A DNA stretch of 64,000 nucleotides from a bacterium. Its GTDB lineage: Bacteria; JAMCPX01. The notes under the pieces were generated by a model. That model saw only the letters and a program-made list of their open reading frames with translations, was not told the DNA's origin and did not search any database. The stretch's first letter is position 1. Each line of letters opens with the position of its first letter. Both the position numbers and the translations under genes were made by a program. Positions 31,362 to 40,838 of the stretch are shown in pieces. The DNA is taken from NCBI GenBank assembly GCA_021787665.1, contig JAJYLN010000004.1, positions 68,415 to 132,414 of the forward strand. Direction: 5' to 3'.

Positions 31362-34313
31362 TTACTTTATGTTCATCGGTTTATATGCGAATGCCCGGAA
31401 AAGGTCAACCTGATCGCCGAAGTTGGGGCCGACCGTGCCGGTGCCGTCCGGGTTGAGCCGTATAAAACCGTTCTCTCCCGGCGCAACGACGTTCTCGCCG
31501 AAGATAGGGTCGGTCAGATTGATGATCTGCATGTACGTGCTCCTGTTCTGGGACGGCGCCTTGCCGAAGCTCGTCGGTGGATTTATCGTGCCCATCAGCA
31601 TAGGGAATTGCTGTCCCTGAAAGTTGTCCAGTCCATCGAAGTTTATGTCATCGACCGGGATGTAGCCCCATGTCGTCGGGTCGGCCGGACTGAAGCTCGG
31701 GGGGAACCCCCCGCCGCTTGCCGGCTGACCCTTTGCAAGCTGGTCCATGGCGAGCTCGAGCGCGTAGATAATGACGTGGTCCCGATCCATCGGTACCCCG
31801 GCGGGGAGCACGGCGAACGCATAATAACTGCCCTGAGTAAAGCCGGCAAGCCCGGCCAGATAGTTTGCCGAGGTCGTCCCGGTGAAGCTCAGGGGAACGC
31901 CGGTGGCCGGGTCATCGAACAGGTGGAGCATCATATTGTAGGTACACTCGCCAAGAATGCCGCTCATCATGCCTCCATACAGCACCTGCCGTATAGCTTC
32001 CCACCACTTTGCGAAGATCATGGCACCGGGCTGTCCTATGACCGGGCTATAGCCGGCTACGCCGTACGTGATGGAATAGCCCGCCGGAGTGAAAATCTGG
32101 GTGGGGTCGGTAAAATAGCTGTTCCAGTTCTTAAGGATAGTAACCGCCTGGGTGATAAACGTCGATGTTGTCATGGTCACGAGAGGATCCTGTACACTCT
32201 TCAGATCCGCGTACGCGTTCTCAATGAACGGAATAAAATAAGGGCCCGCGACCGTTACATTCTGGTCCCCGTTGATCGTACCGACGTCCTTCTCGATGTT
32301 CTCCATGGCGGCGACGGTCAGTTTGTTCGGATTATGGGAGATGAGGAATGCCATCCTGTCCGACCGGAATATCTGACCCCAGTGCTCATCGCCGCCGTTG
32401 CCTTCCATGATGACACCGGGCACATTGAGAGGCTTGGTGTTCCAGTTTACCAGATAGCCGTTCGGTGGGTTTACGGAGTACAGCCATGAGCTGTACGGGA
32501 CAAACAGCTGTCCTCCCGGCCATGCGGACCATTCCCCGCTGCCGTCCCCCGGGTACGGCAGCCGATCGTCATAGCCCGCCGGGAAATGCGGCTCGCTGCC
32601 CGCAGACCAGAACGATATGTTGCCGCGCTGGTCCGCATACATGAAGTTATGTAGGGAGGTCACCTTTGCAACCGCGTCATTGAAGTCGAGCCAGTTCTTT
32701 GCGATGTTCATCCCCACAAACCCTTCGATGGTCGAATATTCCGTCTTCCAGAATGCTACCCTGTAGGTATAGGCGAGGCCGTGTGCGAGATCGAAAGAGA
32801 TCACGGGACCGTGGAAGTGCTGGCTATCGTCCACCCTGAATACATTGTAGGCAATGGGGCCCGGCCCGGTCGGGTTCCCGGCCTGATCGAGGTAGGATGC
32901 CGGCGCAGAAGGGTCCTCCCCGGCGTAATGGATCGTGTCCGAGATCCTCTCCATAGGGAGGTAGCTCCCGTTGTAGAGCACGCTGTAGTTGCTATTCGCG
33001 GTCTGGGGGTTGGTCGTAAATCCGGCACCCGCGGTATCGACCTGTTCGACATAGATCGTGGAGTCCTCTATCTCGCCGGATGTGGTCGTCCATCCATAGT
33101 CCTTCGTCATGCCGATAAGAATGACCGGCTCGCCCGGTATCTTCATACCGCCGACCGTTATGTCAGGGCTGTGCAGATACATCTCGTTGTCGATATTCGG
33201 CGTGGCGAAGCCCTCCTGCGGCCCGCCCCACAGGAGGGCTGAGTTGGTTGCCGATAGGGTGGGTGTGACTGCCCATGCGTTGCTGCCTTCCGTAAAGAAT
33301 ACGCCTAAATTTTTCCTCGTCTCAGTCATCTTCTGTATGTTGCCGTAAAAATCTTCGATGGCCTTCTCTACCGAGCTCCGCGGGATCGACGCGAGGAACG
33401 AATATTGATCCTGCGCAGGACTACCCGTCTGGTACGTATGAAGACTCGTCAGCGAGACACCTGGAGGAATCTGCGGCTTCGTCTGCATGGGCCCGCCCGG
33501 CATGATAGCGGTCCCTCCGGGCGAATTGTTCGGGATCGTGGTCGGTGCATTCGGGTCGTTGAGCCATCTGATATCATCGAAGACCTGTCCTGCATCGGTC
33601 GCTGCATTCGTAGCGCTCATACCCTGGCTCTGTTCAAACCAGCCTTTTAAATAATCAAGGTCGCCGAGGTCCTGAAGCTGTCTGCCGCCTCCCGATCCGA
33701 AAAAATCAACCAGGAGGTCGACAACCGCCATGACGTCCTCAGGTGTCCAGGGGCCCGGCTCGAACACCGTATTGCCGCCCGGCGCGGGCAGGAGCTTATA
33801 CGTTACGCCCCCCGGCAGGCCGTACCGGGATGTCAGTGATCTGAGATACCCGCCAAGCTGAAAAAATTCGTAGGGAACCTTCGCAAAGGCCGGATCCGAA
33901 TACAGGCTTTTGATATATGCATTTATGCCGTCGCAGTACGCAAGTATCGCATCCTTCGTCGTCGTGTCGGTAATGGCATTGAATGCGGCCTCCCGCTCCT
34001 GCGGCGTATAATAGAGGTACTGCCTCAGGGGTATGTCGGCGGCCCCGAGTGCCGGCAGGCCAATGATCTCGGACAGCGTTCCCGACCCGGCCCGTCTCAT
34101 CAGCTCCATCTGGACTAGCCTGTCCTGAGCGTCGGCCCAGCCTACGCCATAGAAAAGCGAATAATCATTGCCTGCATAGATGTGTGCGACCCCATAGCTA
34201 TCGCGCACGATTGTCGGCAGTTTCGAGCCGGATGACGACTTCGAGCAGCTCTGGATAGAGATGGCCGTGACCGCAAGTAAGCACAGAAGCGTTGCAGTGC
34301 ATGCTCTTTTCAT
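31362..34313 (-). CDS. Penicillin amidase (S45 Ntn-hydrolase) family protein, putative lipoprotein
   Basis: 983-aa ORF; signal peptide with lipobox (SIQSCS); internal GSNAWAV...LWGGPQEGF...LHSP block matches the beta-subunit N-terminal nucleophile region (SN.W) of penicillin/AHL acylases. Confidence 0.75.
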   Translation of the reverse strand: MKRACTATLLCLLAVTAISIQSCSKSSSGSKLPTIVRDSYGVAHIYAGNDYSLFYGVGWADAQDRLVQMELMRRAGSGTLSEIIGLPALGAADIPLRQYLYYTPQEREAAFNAITDTTTKDAILAYCDGINAYIKSLYSDPAFAKVPYEFFQLGGYLRSLTSRYGLPGGVTYKLLPAPGGNTVFEPGPWTPEDVMAVVDLLVDFFGSGGGRQLQDLGDLDYLKGWFEQSQGMSATNAATDAGQVFDDIRWLNDPNAPTTIPNNSPGGTAIMPGGPMQTKPQIPPGVSLTSLHTYQTGSPAQDQYSFLASIPRSSVEKAIEDFYGNIQKMTETRKNLGVFFTEGSNAWAVTPTLSATNSALLWGGPQEGFATPNIDNEMYLHSPDITVGGMKIPGEPVILIGMTKDYGWTTTSGEIEDSTIYVEQVDTAGAGFTTNPQTANSNYSVLYNGSYLPMERISDTIHYAGEDPSAPASYLDQAGNPTGPGPIAYNVFRVDDSQHFHGPVISFDLAHGLAYTYRVAFWKTEYSTIEGFVGMNIAKNWLDFNDAVAKVTSLHNFMYADQRGNISFWSAGSEPHFPAGYDDRLPYPGDGSGEWSAWPGGQLFVPYSSWLYSVNPPNGYLVNWNTKPLNVPGVIMEGNGGDEHWGQIFRSDRMAFLISHNPNKLTVAAMENIEKDVGTINGDQNVTVAGPYFIPFIENAYADLKSVQDPLVTMTTSTFITQAVTILKNWNSYFTDPTQIFTPAGYSITYGVAGYSPVIGQPGAMIFAKWWEAIRQVLYGGMMSGILGECTYNMMLHLFDDPATGVPLSFTGTTSANYLAGLAGFTQGSYYAFAVLPAGVPMDRDHVIIYALELAMDQLAKGQPASGGGFPPSFSPADPTTWGYIPVDDINFDGLDNFQGQQFPMLMGTINPPTSFGKAPSQNRSTYMQIINLTDPIFGENVVAPGENGFIRLNPDGTGTVGPNFGDQVDLFRAFAYKPMNIK

Positions 34314-34345
34314 ATCAGCCCCTCCTTTATCAGCAGACGTCAGAA

Positions 34346-34374
34346 AATATGGATTATTTTAGCAGGACCGGCAC
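34346..34374 (-). promoter_or_regulatory. Sigma70-like promoter for the acylase-DsbA operon (TTGCAA, 17-nt spacer, TAAAAT)
   Basis: Minus strand reads TTGCAAATCTGTGCCGGTCCTGCTAAAAT, about 30 nt upstream of the acylase ATG and just downstream of the preceding terminator. Confidence 0.45.
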
Positions 34375-34390
34375 AGATTTGCAAGCTCAC

Positions 34391-34421
34391 GATAAAAAGG
34401 GGCGAAGCACCGCTTCGCCCC
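34391..34421 (-). terminator. Rho-independent terminator after Ser/Thr-rich lipoprotein A
   Basis: Minus-strand RNA GGGGCGAAGC-GGU-GCUUCGCCCC followed by UUUUU, about 35 nt past the stop codon. Confidence 0.7.
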
Positions 34422-34454
34422 TGCCGATCCGGATACTTTGACTCTGTCGCTGTA

Positions 34455-35699
34455 TTACTTTATCCCGCACACTTGGGAGGCCGTCCCGCCGTTTACACTC
34501 ACGTCTGCACAGTCGCATGCCTGGCCGGTGAAGTTTAGGGTCAGGGTCTTGTCTGCAGTGAGCGTGAGCGTGCCGCCAGTGGGCCATTGACCGTTGCACG
34601 AGCTGTCATCGAACGTCACGTTGGTCAGCGTAGCCGTAAACTTGCCCGCATAGCTCGTCGACGAAGTCACAATCGTACCGCACGTGGACGTGCCACTCTC
34701 CGTGATTACGGCGCCGAAAGTGCCTGTGCCGTTGACTGTCCTCGTCGTGCTTGATGACACGCTTATAGTCATGGAGGCCTTGTTGTAGGCGCCCTGCTTC
34801 AGACTCAGGGATCCACCGCCGCTCGATGTGCCGGACGCGTCCATCTCGTTCCCATCATCGACACTGAACGCGAGCTGCGAAGGGCTGCCGGAGAACGCAT
34901 TGTCCACGTTCTCCCATCCGCTGAACGTGCCGGTAATGGTGTCGTTGCATGCGTCACCCGAGGGGGCACTGCTCACGCTGCCGGTCAGGGTGATCGATCC
35001 CTTGTTCGCGAAGCTGACGCTGGTCGTGCCCTGCACCAGGCCGGTGCCGTTTTCCGCGATGCTGCCTGCCACACTCACCTGCTCGCTTCCGCCGCTGGTA
35101 AACTGCATCCCTATCGTCAGGTTGAGTGTTGTGTTGATGCTCACATCCCCAACGCTGCTATCATAGCTCCCCTTGAGGGACGCGGTCCCGTTCAATGTCT
35201 GCGTATTCCCGGTGCTGGGGTCGACGCACGAGACTTTGGTCCACGTCAACGTCAGGTCTACGGTCCCCGAACCCGTGGTCCCGGTAGAGTTGTCCACTAT
35301 GGACGAGGGAGAGCACCCGCTCCCACTCGTCGCCGCGAGCTTCAACACCGACAAGGCGTTCAGTGCGGCGCCTTTGAACGACTGCGGCCTAACAACAAGC
35401 GTGTTTGCATTGTTGAGGACATAGGCAAGGATACTAACCTGTGGCCCAGCGGAGACCACGCTCGATACATCCGTGGGCACGCCCTGCGAGACAACCGACG
35501 AAATGACCTGACCCGCTGCACCGCCCACATTCGATACCGAAAGGCTTGCAGTAGGTATGGAATTAAGGGCACCGGAGACATTCCCACTTCCCCCGGAGCT
35601 CGTCGAGCTGCCGCATCCCGCACCGAAGCTGACTGCACCGGCGACCAACCCTACAATCGATAGCATACCGATCTTCTTTATGGGCTTCTTCATAGACAT
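34455..35699 (-). CDS. Ser/Thr/Gly-rich putative surface lipoprotein (paralog A), function unknown
   Basis: 414-aa ORF with signal peptide plus Cys (LVAGAVSFGAGCGSS); low-complexity S/T/G-rich sequence with scattered Cys pairs; paralogous to ORF 35835..37040; no catalytic motif recognised. Confidence 0.6.
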   Translation of the reverse strand: MSMKKPIKKIGMLSIVGLVAGAVSFGAGCGSSTSSGGSGNVSGALNSIPTASLSVSNVGGAAGQVISSVVSQGVPTDVSSVVSAGPQVSILAYVLNNANTLVVRPQSFKGAALNALSVLKLAATSGSGCSPSSIVDNSTGTTGSGTVDLTLTWTKVSCVDPSTGNTQTLNGTASLKGSYDSSVGDVSINTTLNLTIGMQFTSGGSEQVSVAGSIAENGTGLVQGTTSVSFANKGSITLTGSVSSAPSGDACNDTITGTFSGWENVDNAFSGSPSQLAFSVDDGNEMDASGTSSGGGSLSLKQGAYNKASMTISVSSSTTRTVNGTGTFGAVITESGTSTCGTIVTSSTSYAGKFTATLTNVTFDDSSCNGQWPTGGTLTLTADKTLTLNFTGQACDCADVSVNGGTASQVCGIK

Positions 35700-35715
35700 A
35701 CCTCCTTCTTTCTCT

Positions 35716-35744
35716 AAACTATCCTATACGTTATCGCTTGTCAA
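35716..35744 (-). promoter_or_regulatory. Promoter-like block upstream of lipoprotein A (TTGACA, 17 nt, TAGTTT), duplicated upstream of paralog B
   Basis: Minus strand GTGTGATCCGGATTATTGACAAGCGATAACGTATAGGATAGTTT; nearly the same block precedes paralog B. Confidence 0.35.
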
Positions 35745-35769
35745 TAATCCGGATCACACCCCATGCCAA

Positions 35770-35798
35770 ACAAAAAAGGGCGAAGCTACGCTTCGCCC
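35770..35798 (-). terminator. Rho-independent terminator after Ser/Thr-rich lipoprotein B
   Basis: Minus-strand RNA GGGCGAAGC-GUA-GCUUCGCCC followed by UUUUUUG; nearly identical to the terminator at 34391-34421. Confidence 0.7.
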
Positions 35799-35834
35799 TT
35801 CCAGTTATTCTACAACGGTTATATTTTCCCTGTA

Positions 35835-37040
35835 TTACCAGCACACCTGCGACGAAGTGGCACCGGTTACCGCGGCACAGCACTGTCCGGTACTACAACT
35901 GCTGCTGCTATAGGTAAAGACAAATGACTGAGCTCCGCTGGTAATCGTTAGTGTACCGCTCGAGGGGCAAAAGGTGCACACCGTGCTATCATAGGTGAGG
36001 TTGTCAAATGCAAATGAGTACTTCCCGGAATAGCTTGTTGTACCGGTCGTAATGCTTTGTCCATTGACAAGGTACGCCACACCTGCCGTACCGCTTCCAT
36101 TCAACACCGTCGTGGTTGCGGTCGTTGATATGGTCAGCGACGGGGTCGTCTGCAGATAGCTTCCCATCTTGATAGTGCCATTCGAAGTTGACGCATCGAA
36201 TTCATGGCCTTCGTTCAAAACCAGGGTAAATAATGAGGCATTCCCACTGAAGGTATCGTCAATGCTAAACCATCCTGAAAAGCCTACACTGCCCTGAGAA
36301 CTTGATTCTGAGCCCGTTAGATTAAGCGTTCCATCGACGGTATACTGAGCACTTGAAGATCCGCTAACCATGCCGCTGCCGGTGAAGGTAATACCGCCGT
36401 TCCATGTCATATTCATTGAAGCGCCGGAGAAGGTTTCGCCAAAGGAAAAATTGGTATAGGTAAGCTGTAAATCTGCCGTACCTGCACTTGAATCATACGT
36501 GCCTAACCATGAGACTACCCCATTTAAATTCATGGTAACGCCGCTGTAAGTACACGAAATGCCGTTATAGTCAACTTTTACGTCAACATTGGTCACGCTT
36601 CCGCTCGTTGTACTGTTATCCGTAACCGTAGGCGTGGCGCTGCAACCACTGTATTGAAGCGTTTTAAGAGAATTCAATTGATCGAGGATGGTCTGTTTCA
36701 GATACGTCGGTTTAATCACCAGCTTCGAAGGATTTTGAGTAATCATCGCTATCCCAAATGTCGGCAGATTAGTCGGATCTCCCGTCGGACTGTTTGTAAT
36801 AGACCCGACACTGGTGCTCTGATTAGCATAATTCGACGCATCCTGATTCACGGTCAAAGCCTGACTTGCGGCACCGCCGACATTTGACACCGAAAGGCTT
36901 GCGTTCGGAAGGGAGCTGAGCCCACCGGAAACATTACTTCCCCCATTGGATCCGGAGCTTGACGTGCTGCCGCAACCTGTACCGAGGCTGACCGCTCCGG
37001 CAGTCAGCAGTACAATGATTAGCATACTGAGTTTTTTCAT
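35835..37040 (-). CDS. Ser/Thr/Gly-rich putative surface lipoprotein (paralog B), function unknown
   Basis: 401-aa ORF with signal peptide plus Cys (LLTAGAVSLGTGCGS); N-terminal 60 residues nearly collinear with paralog A (GCGS.SSSGS..VSG.L.S.P.ASLSVSNVGGAA.Q). Confidence 0.6.
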   Translation of the reverse strand: MKKLSMLIIVLLTAGAVSLGTGCGSTSSSGSNGGSNVSGGLSSLPNASLSVSNVGGAASQALTVNQDASNYANQSTSVGSITNSPTGDPTNLPTFGIAMITQNPSKLVIKPTYLKQTILDQLNSLKTLQYSGCSATPTVTDNSTTSGSVTNVDVKVDYNGISCTYSGVTMNLNGVVSWLGTYDSSAGTADLQLTYTNFSFGETFSGASMNMTWNGGITFTGSGMVSGSSSAQYTVDGTLNLTGSESSSQGSVGFSGWFSIDDTFSGNASLFTLVLNEGHEFDASTSNGTIKMGSYLQTTPSLTISTTATTTVLNGSGTAGVAYLVNGQSITTGTTSYSGKYSFAFDNLTYDSTVCTFCPSSGTLTITSGAQSFVFTYSSSSCSTGQCCAAVTGATSSQVCW

Positions 37041-37062
37041 AGACTTGCCTCCTTTTTCTGCT

Positions 37063-37091
37063 AAGTTATTCTATAGTATCGTGCTTGTCAA
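37063..37091 (-). promoter_or_regulatory. Promoter-like block upstream of lipoprotein B (TTGACA, 17 nt, TAACTT)
   Basis: Minus strand TGTGATCTTGATCATTGACAAGCACGATACTATAGAATAACTT; shares the TGTGATC..GAT.ATTGACAAGC core with the block upstream of paralog A. Confidence 0.35.
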
Positions 37092-37290
37092 TGATCAAGA
37101 TCACAGGTCAACAATTTCATAACGATTCTTATGATTACTGAGCTCCCCAAGACACAGGGCCTTTGCTATTGTTTTTACTCTATACCTATCAAGAATATAT
37201 AGTTACCTTACTCCATACACAGAGGCGTAGCCCCATAATTCCCCCCCTGGGAATTGAGTACCCAAAAAAGTGCTTGTAAAATCGTAAAAG

Positions 37291-38661
37291 TTGTTTCACT
37301 ATAGACAGATGGATAGCACGACAGTGGACAGGATCGCCGGGCGGTTGTCTGCGCTTGCACGGGAGCACGCGGTGGAGGGATACGAGGCGTACCTTTCCGA
37401 GACGAGCAAGACCTCCATCTCTCTCGACGATAACCGGGGCATAGAAACACTGCACGCCGATGAGGAGCGTGCTATCGCCGTACGGGTACTCAGGGACCAA
37501 CGGCTCGGCTTCTCGTTCAGCTTCAACCCCTCGGACATCGCCCTCGAAGAGGCCTTCAAAAGGGCCCTGGACAGCACCGCGGTGCTCGAGAGGCATCCCT
37601 TCTCCTTCGTGGGAAACAGCCCGGACACCGCAGGCGCGGACCTATTCTACGACAGTACTATAGAGAGCACGCCGAACGAGTACAAGCTCGGTCTGCTGAA
37701 CGCGCTTATCGACGCGGTACACATCGATAGGAGGATCGTGAAGGTGGAAAAGCCTTCCTACGAGGAGACGATCTCCTCCGTGAGTGTGATGAACTCTTCC
37801 GGCGTACTGAAGCAGTCGAGGACTACCAGGTTCGGTCTGGGCCTGTCCGTGATCGCACGGCAGGACCGCGATTCCAACATTACCTGGGACTTTCAGGGGG
37901 CAAACACCTTCGGCACACTCGACGCGCACAGGCTCGGAAAAGGCTGTGCGGCGCTGGCCCTGAAGACGCTCGGTGGCGAAAGGCTGCGGACCGGGTCCTA
38001 CGATGCAGTGTTTACCCAGCTCGTCGCGTCGCAGTTCCTCGGCATACTGGCGCGCTCGTTCGCCGCGGACGCCGTGTACAAGAAGACCTCCCTGCTCGCG
38101 GACAGGCTCGGTCAGCGGGTCCTTCCGGAGCACATCACGATCACGGACGACCCCTTGCTGAAGGACGGGCTGGGGTCCGTGCCCTTCGACGCCGAGGGCT
38201 CGCCTTCCGTACGCAAGCCGCTTGTAGATAACGGCGTTGCAGCTACCTTCCTCTACGACAATCTCTACGCGTCGCTCATGGCGGCGCATACGACCGGCAA
38301 TTCAGTACGGCCCTCAGTCACCCAACCACCGTCCATAGGCTCCACCAACCTTGTCCTGGGCTCCGACAGGACCGGTGAAGAGGACTTGGAGCGGGCGCTC
38401 TACGATGGCCCGGTCATAACGGAGCTCATGGGCGTGCACACGGTCAACCCGGTGACCGGGGAATTTTCCCTGGGCGCGCGGGGATACGCCGTAAAGTCCG
38501 GGGTCTTCCATGCACCCCTGAAGGACATCACGGTTGCCGGTAACCTGTTCGACCTTCTGATGAAGGTCCGGGCCACCGGCCGGGATCAGCTTCTCTACGG
38601 CACGATCATGACACCGTCGCTCCTCATAACGCAACTGAAGATCGCGGGGGCGGACGCATGA
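37291..38661 (+). CDS. TldD/PmbA-family metalloprotease
   Basis: 456-aa ORF (likely start at MDSTTVDR, 37309) with the conserved C-terminal TldD/PmbA region (GS.NLVL..G...LITELMG.HT.NPVTGEFSLGARG). Confidence 0.75.
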   Translation: MFHYRQMDSTTVDRIAGRLSALAREHAVEGYEAYLSETSKTSISLDDNRGIETLHADEERAIAVRVLRDQRLGFSFSFNPSDIALEEAFKRALDSTAVLERHPFSFVGNSPDTAGADLFYDSTIESTPNEYKLGLLNALIDAVHIDRRIVKVEKPSYEETISSVSVMNSSGVLKQSRTTRFGLGLSVIARQDRDSNITWDFQGANTFGTLDAHRLGKGCAALALKTLGGERLRTGSYDAVFTQLVASQFLGILARSFAADAVYKKTSLLADRLGQRVLPEHITITDDPLLKDGLGSVPFDAEGSPSVRKPLVDNGVAATFLYDNLYASLMAAHTTGNSVRPSVTQPPSIGSTNLVLGSDRTGEEDLERALYDGPVITELMGVHTVNPVTGEFSLGARGYAVKSGVFHAPLKDITVAGNLFDLLMKVRATGRDQLLYGTIMTPSLLITQLKIAGADA

Positions 38662-39371
38662 AGACAGTGTCCTTCGGCAAAACCAACGTGGGCATGAAGC
38701 GTACCCACAACGAGGACGCATTCTACCGTAACGACGAAAGGGGATTGTATATCGTGGCGGACGGTATGGGGGGCCACCGGGCCGGCGAGGTAGCGAGCAA
38801 GATGGCCGTGGACAGCATCGAAAGCCACCTGCAAGGCCAGAAGCACATGGACGACCGTTCGCTCGTCGACGCTATTTACGTCGCAAATAACAACATCTTC
38901 AAGTCTGCAGCCGCGAACAGCCGGTACACCGGCATGGGGACGACGGTCGTATCGGTACTGATGACCGACGCGCTGGTCTCGCTGTGCCATGTCGGGGACT
39001 CGAGGGCATACCTGTTACGCGAGGGCAGGCTGATACAGCTCACCGAGGACCACACCTATGTAAACGAGCAGTTCAAGAACGGTCTGATCACAGAGCAACA
39101 GATGGAGACCCATGCAATGAAGAACGTCCTCACGAGGTCGCTCGGCTTCTCCGAGAAGCTGGAGATCGCATCGCAGAAGCTCGACCTACACCCGTTAGAC
39201 AGGTACATACTCTGCTCGGACGGGCTTACGCACATGGTCCGGGACGAGGTTATCGCGGAGATCGCCAGCATACCGGATGCCGTCCACGCGGTGTCCACGC
39301 TGATCGACGTGGCCAACACGAACGGCGGAGACGACAACATCACGGTGCTGGTTATCGATGCGGTCGAGTGA
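38658..39371 (+). CDS. PP2C-family Ser/Thr protein phosphatase
   Basis: 237-aa ORF with ADGMGGH metal-binding motif and GDDNITV C-terminal motif; start overlaps the stop of the TldD/PmbA gene. Confidence 0.85.
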   Translation: MKTVSFGKTNVGMKRTHNEDAFYRNDERGLYIVADGMGGHRAGEVASKMAVDSIESHLQGQKHMDDRSLVDAIYVANNNIFKSAAANSRYTGMGTTVVSVLMTDALVSLCHVGDSRAYLLREGRLIQLTEDHTYVNEQFKNGLITEQQMETHAMKNVLTRSLGFSEKLEIASQKLDLHPLDRYILCSDGLTHMVRDEVIAEIASIPDAVHAVSTLIDVANTNGGDDNITVLVIDAVE

Positions 39372-39383
39372 TGTGTACAGCAC

Positions 39384-40838
39384 ATGGAGACCCGCTCGCA
39401 TAAGACGAAGATCGTCTGCACCATAGGACCCTCATCCAGCTCGCCCGACGTCATCGGCAGGCTGATACGGGCAGGCATGGACGTTGCACGGCTCAACCTT
39501 TCCCACGGCACGGTCTCCGAGCATATCCGGACGATGGGCCTCGTCAGATCCGTGGCCAGGGGCATCGGCAGGACCGTAGGCATCATGATCGACCTGCCGG
39601 GACCCAAGATCAGGGTGGGGACCCTCAGACACGCGCCCGTATTCTTAAAAAAGCACGACATCGTCACCCTGGTACAGGGAGGCGCCTCAGACGACAGCCG
39701 CGTTATTCCTGTGGAGATGGAAGGCCTTGCGGACGCGGCCTATAGAAACGACGTCATCTACCTGAACGACGGCTTCATACAGCTCAAGGTCATCGCCGTG
39801 GGCAAGGACGGGGTGTCGTGCAGGGTCGTAATCGGGGGGACACTGTTGTCGCACAAGGGCCTGAACATACCCGGGATGCTCCCGGACACCGGGGCAATTA
39901 CGGGCCGCGACGCACGCATCATTGACACCTTTTCCAGCCGGGGCGCCGACATCTTCAGCATATCGTTCGTGCGGTCCCGGGACGACGTTATCAGGGTAAG
40001 GGCACGTGCCCGGCGAAGTGGCCACGACCCGGTGATAGTCGCAAAGATCGAGCGCCGGGAGGCGGTGAAGCGCATCGACGCCATCCTGGACGTGGCGGAC
40101 GGCATCATGATCGCGCGCGGGGATCTCGGCGTCGAGATACCGATCGAGCGAGTGCCGGTCGTCCAGAAGATGCTCATCCGCAGAGCGAATGACCGGAACA
40201 GGGTCGTCATCACGGCCACGCAGATGTTGCTCTCGATGACCGAGCACATACGTCCCACGCGTGCGGAGGTAACGGATGTGGCAAACGCCATCCTCGACGG
40301 CACCGATGCGGTCATGCTGTCCGAGGAGACCGCGATGGGGGACTATCCGTTAGAGACCGTCAGGATGATGGGCCGTATAGCCTCGATAACCGAGGCGCAG
40401 AGAGAGGAGATCGGATGTCCGTACGACAGCGGCCTGCCAGGTACCGGCCGGACGCGGGAAAGGGGAACAGCCGAATACGGGATGGCGCTCAATGTCCGGG
40501 ACATCGTCCGGACCATGCGGATTAAACTGGTAGTGGCTGTACATACGCGCTACACGGCCGTACACAGCATCTCGAGGATCAAGTCAGGATGCTGGATCGT
40601 ATCCACGGCTCTCCCCGGAAAAGGCACACACCTGCTGAACCTGTCGTATGGCGTACTTCCGGTGCAGGAAAGCGCGCATGCCCCGGGGAAGGTCCTAACG
40701 GGATACCTGCGCAGGAACGGGCTGGTCAGGCCGGGTGATAGGGTGCTCAGGATCGAGGGATCCCCTGACCATGGCCATGAGGGCATCGCTTCTCTGGACA
40801 TCATGACGATGCGGGGTAACGCATGGAAAGGCTTTTGA
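39384..40838 (+). CDS. pyk: Pyruvate kinase
   Basis: 484-aa ORF: KTKIVCTIGPSS, MDVARLNLSHG, MIARGDLGVEIP are canonical pyruvate kinase motifs. Confidence 0.9.
   Translation: METRSHKTKIVCTIGPSSSSPDVIGRLIRAGMDVARLNLSHGTVSEHIRTMGLVRSVARGIGRTVGIMIDLPGPKIRVGTLRHAPVFLKKHDIVTLVQGGASDDSRVIPVEMEGLADAAYRNDVIYLNDGFIQLKVIAVGKDGVSCRVVIGGTLLSHKGLNIPGMLPDTGAITGRDARIIDTFSSRGADIFSISFVRSRDDVIRVRARARRSGHDPVIVAKIERREAVKRIDAILDVADGIMIARGDLGVEIPIERVPVVQKMLIRRANDRNRVVITATQMLLSMTEHIRPTRAEVTDVANAILDGTDAVMLSEETAMGDYPLETVRMMGRIASITEAQREEIGCPYDSGLPGTGRTRERGTAEYGMALNVRDIVRTMRIKLVVAVHTRYTAVHSISRIKSGCWIVSTALPGKGTHLLNLSYGVLPVQESAHAPGKVLTGYLRRNGLVRPGDRVLRIEGSPDHGHEGIASLDIMTMRGNAWKGF

Noticed and set aside
29913-32489. 858-aa plus-strand ORF spanning fabI, the DsbA gene and part of the acylase gene
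   Set aside because: It lies antisense to three well-supported genes with clear motifs; its Arg/Pro/His-rich composition is typical of spurious antisense frames in GC-rich DNA.
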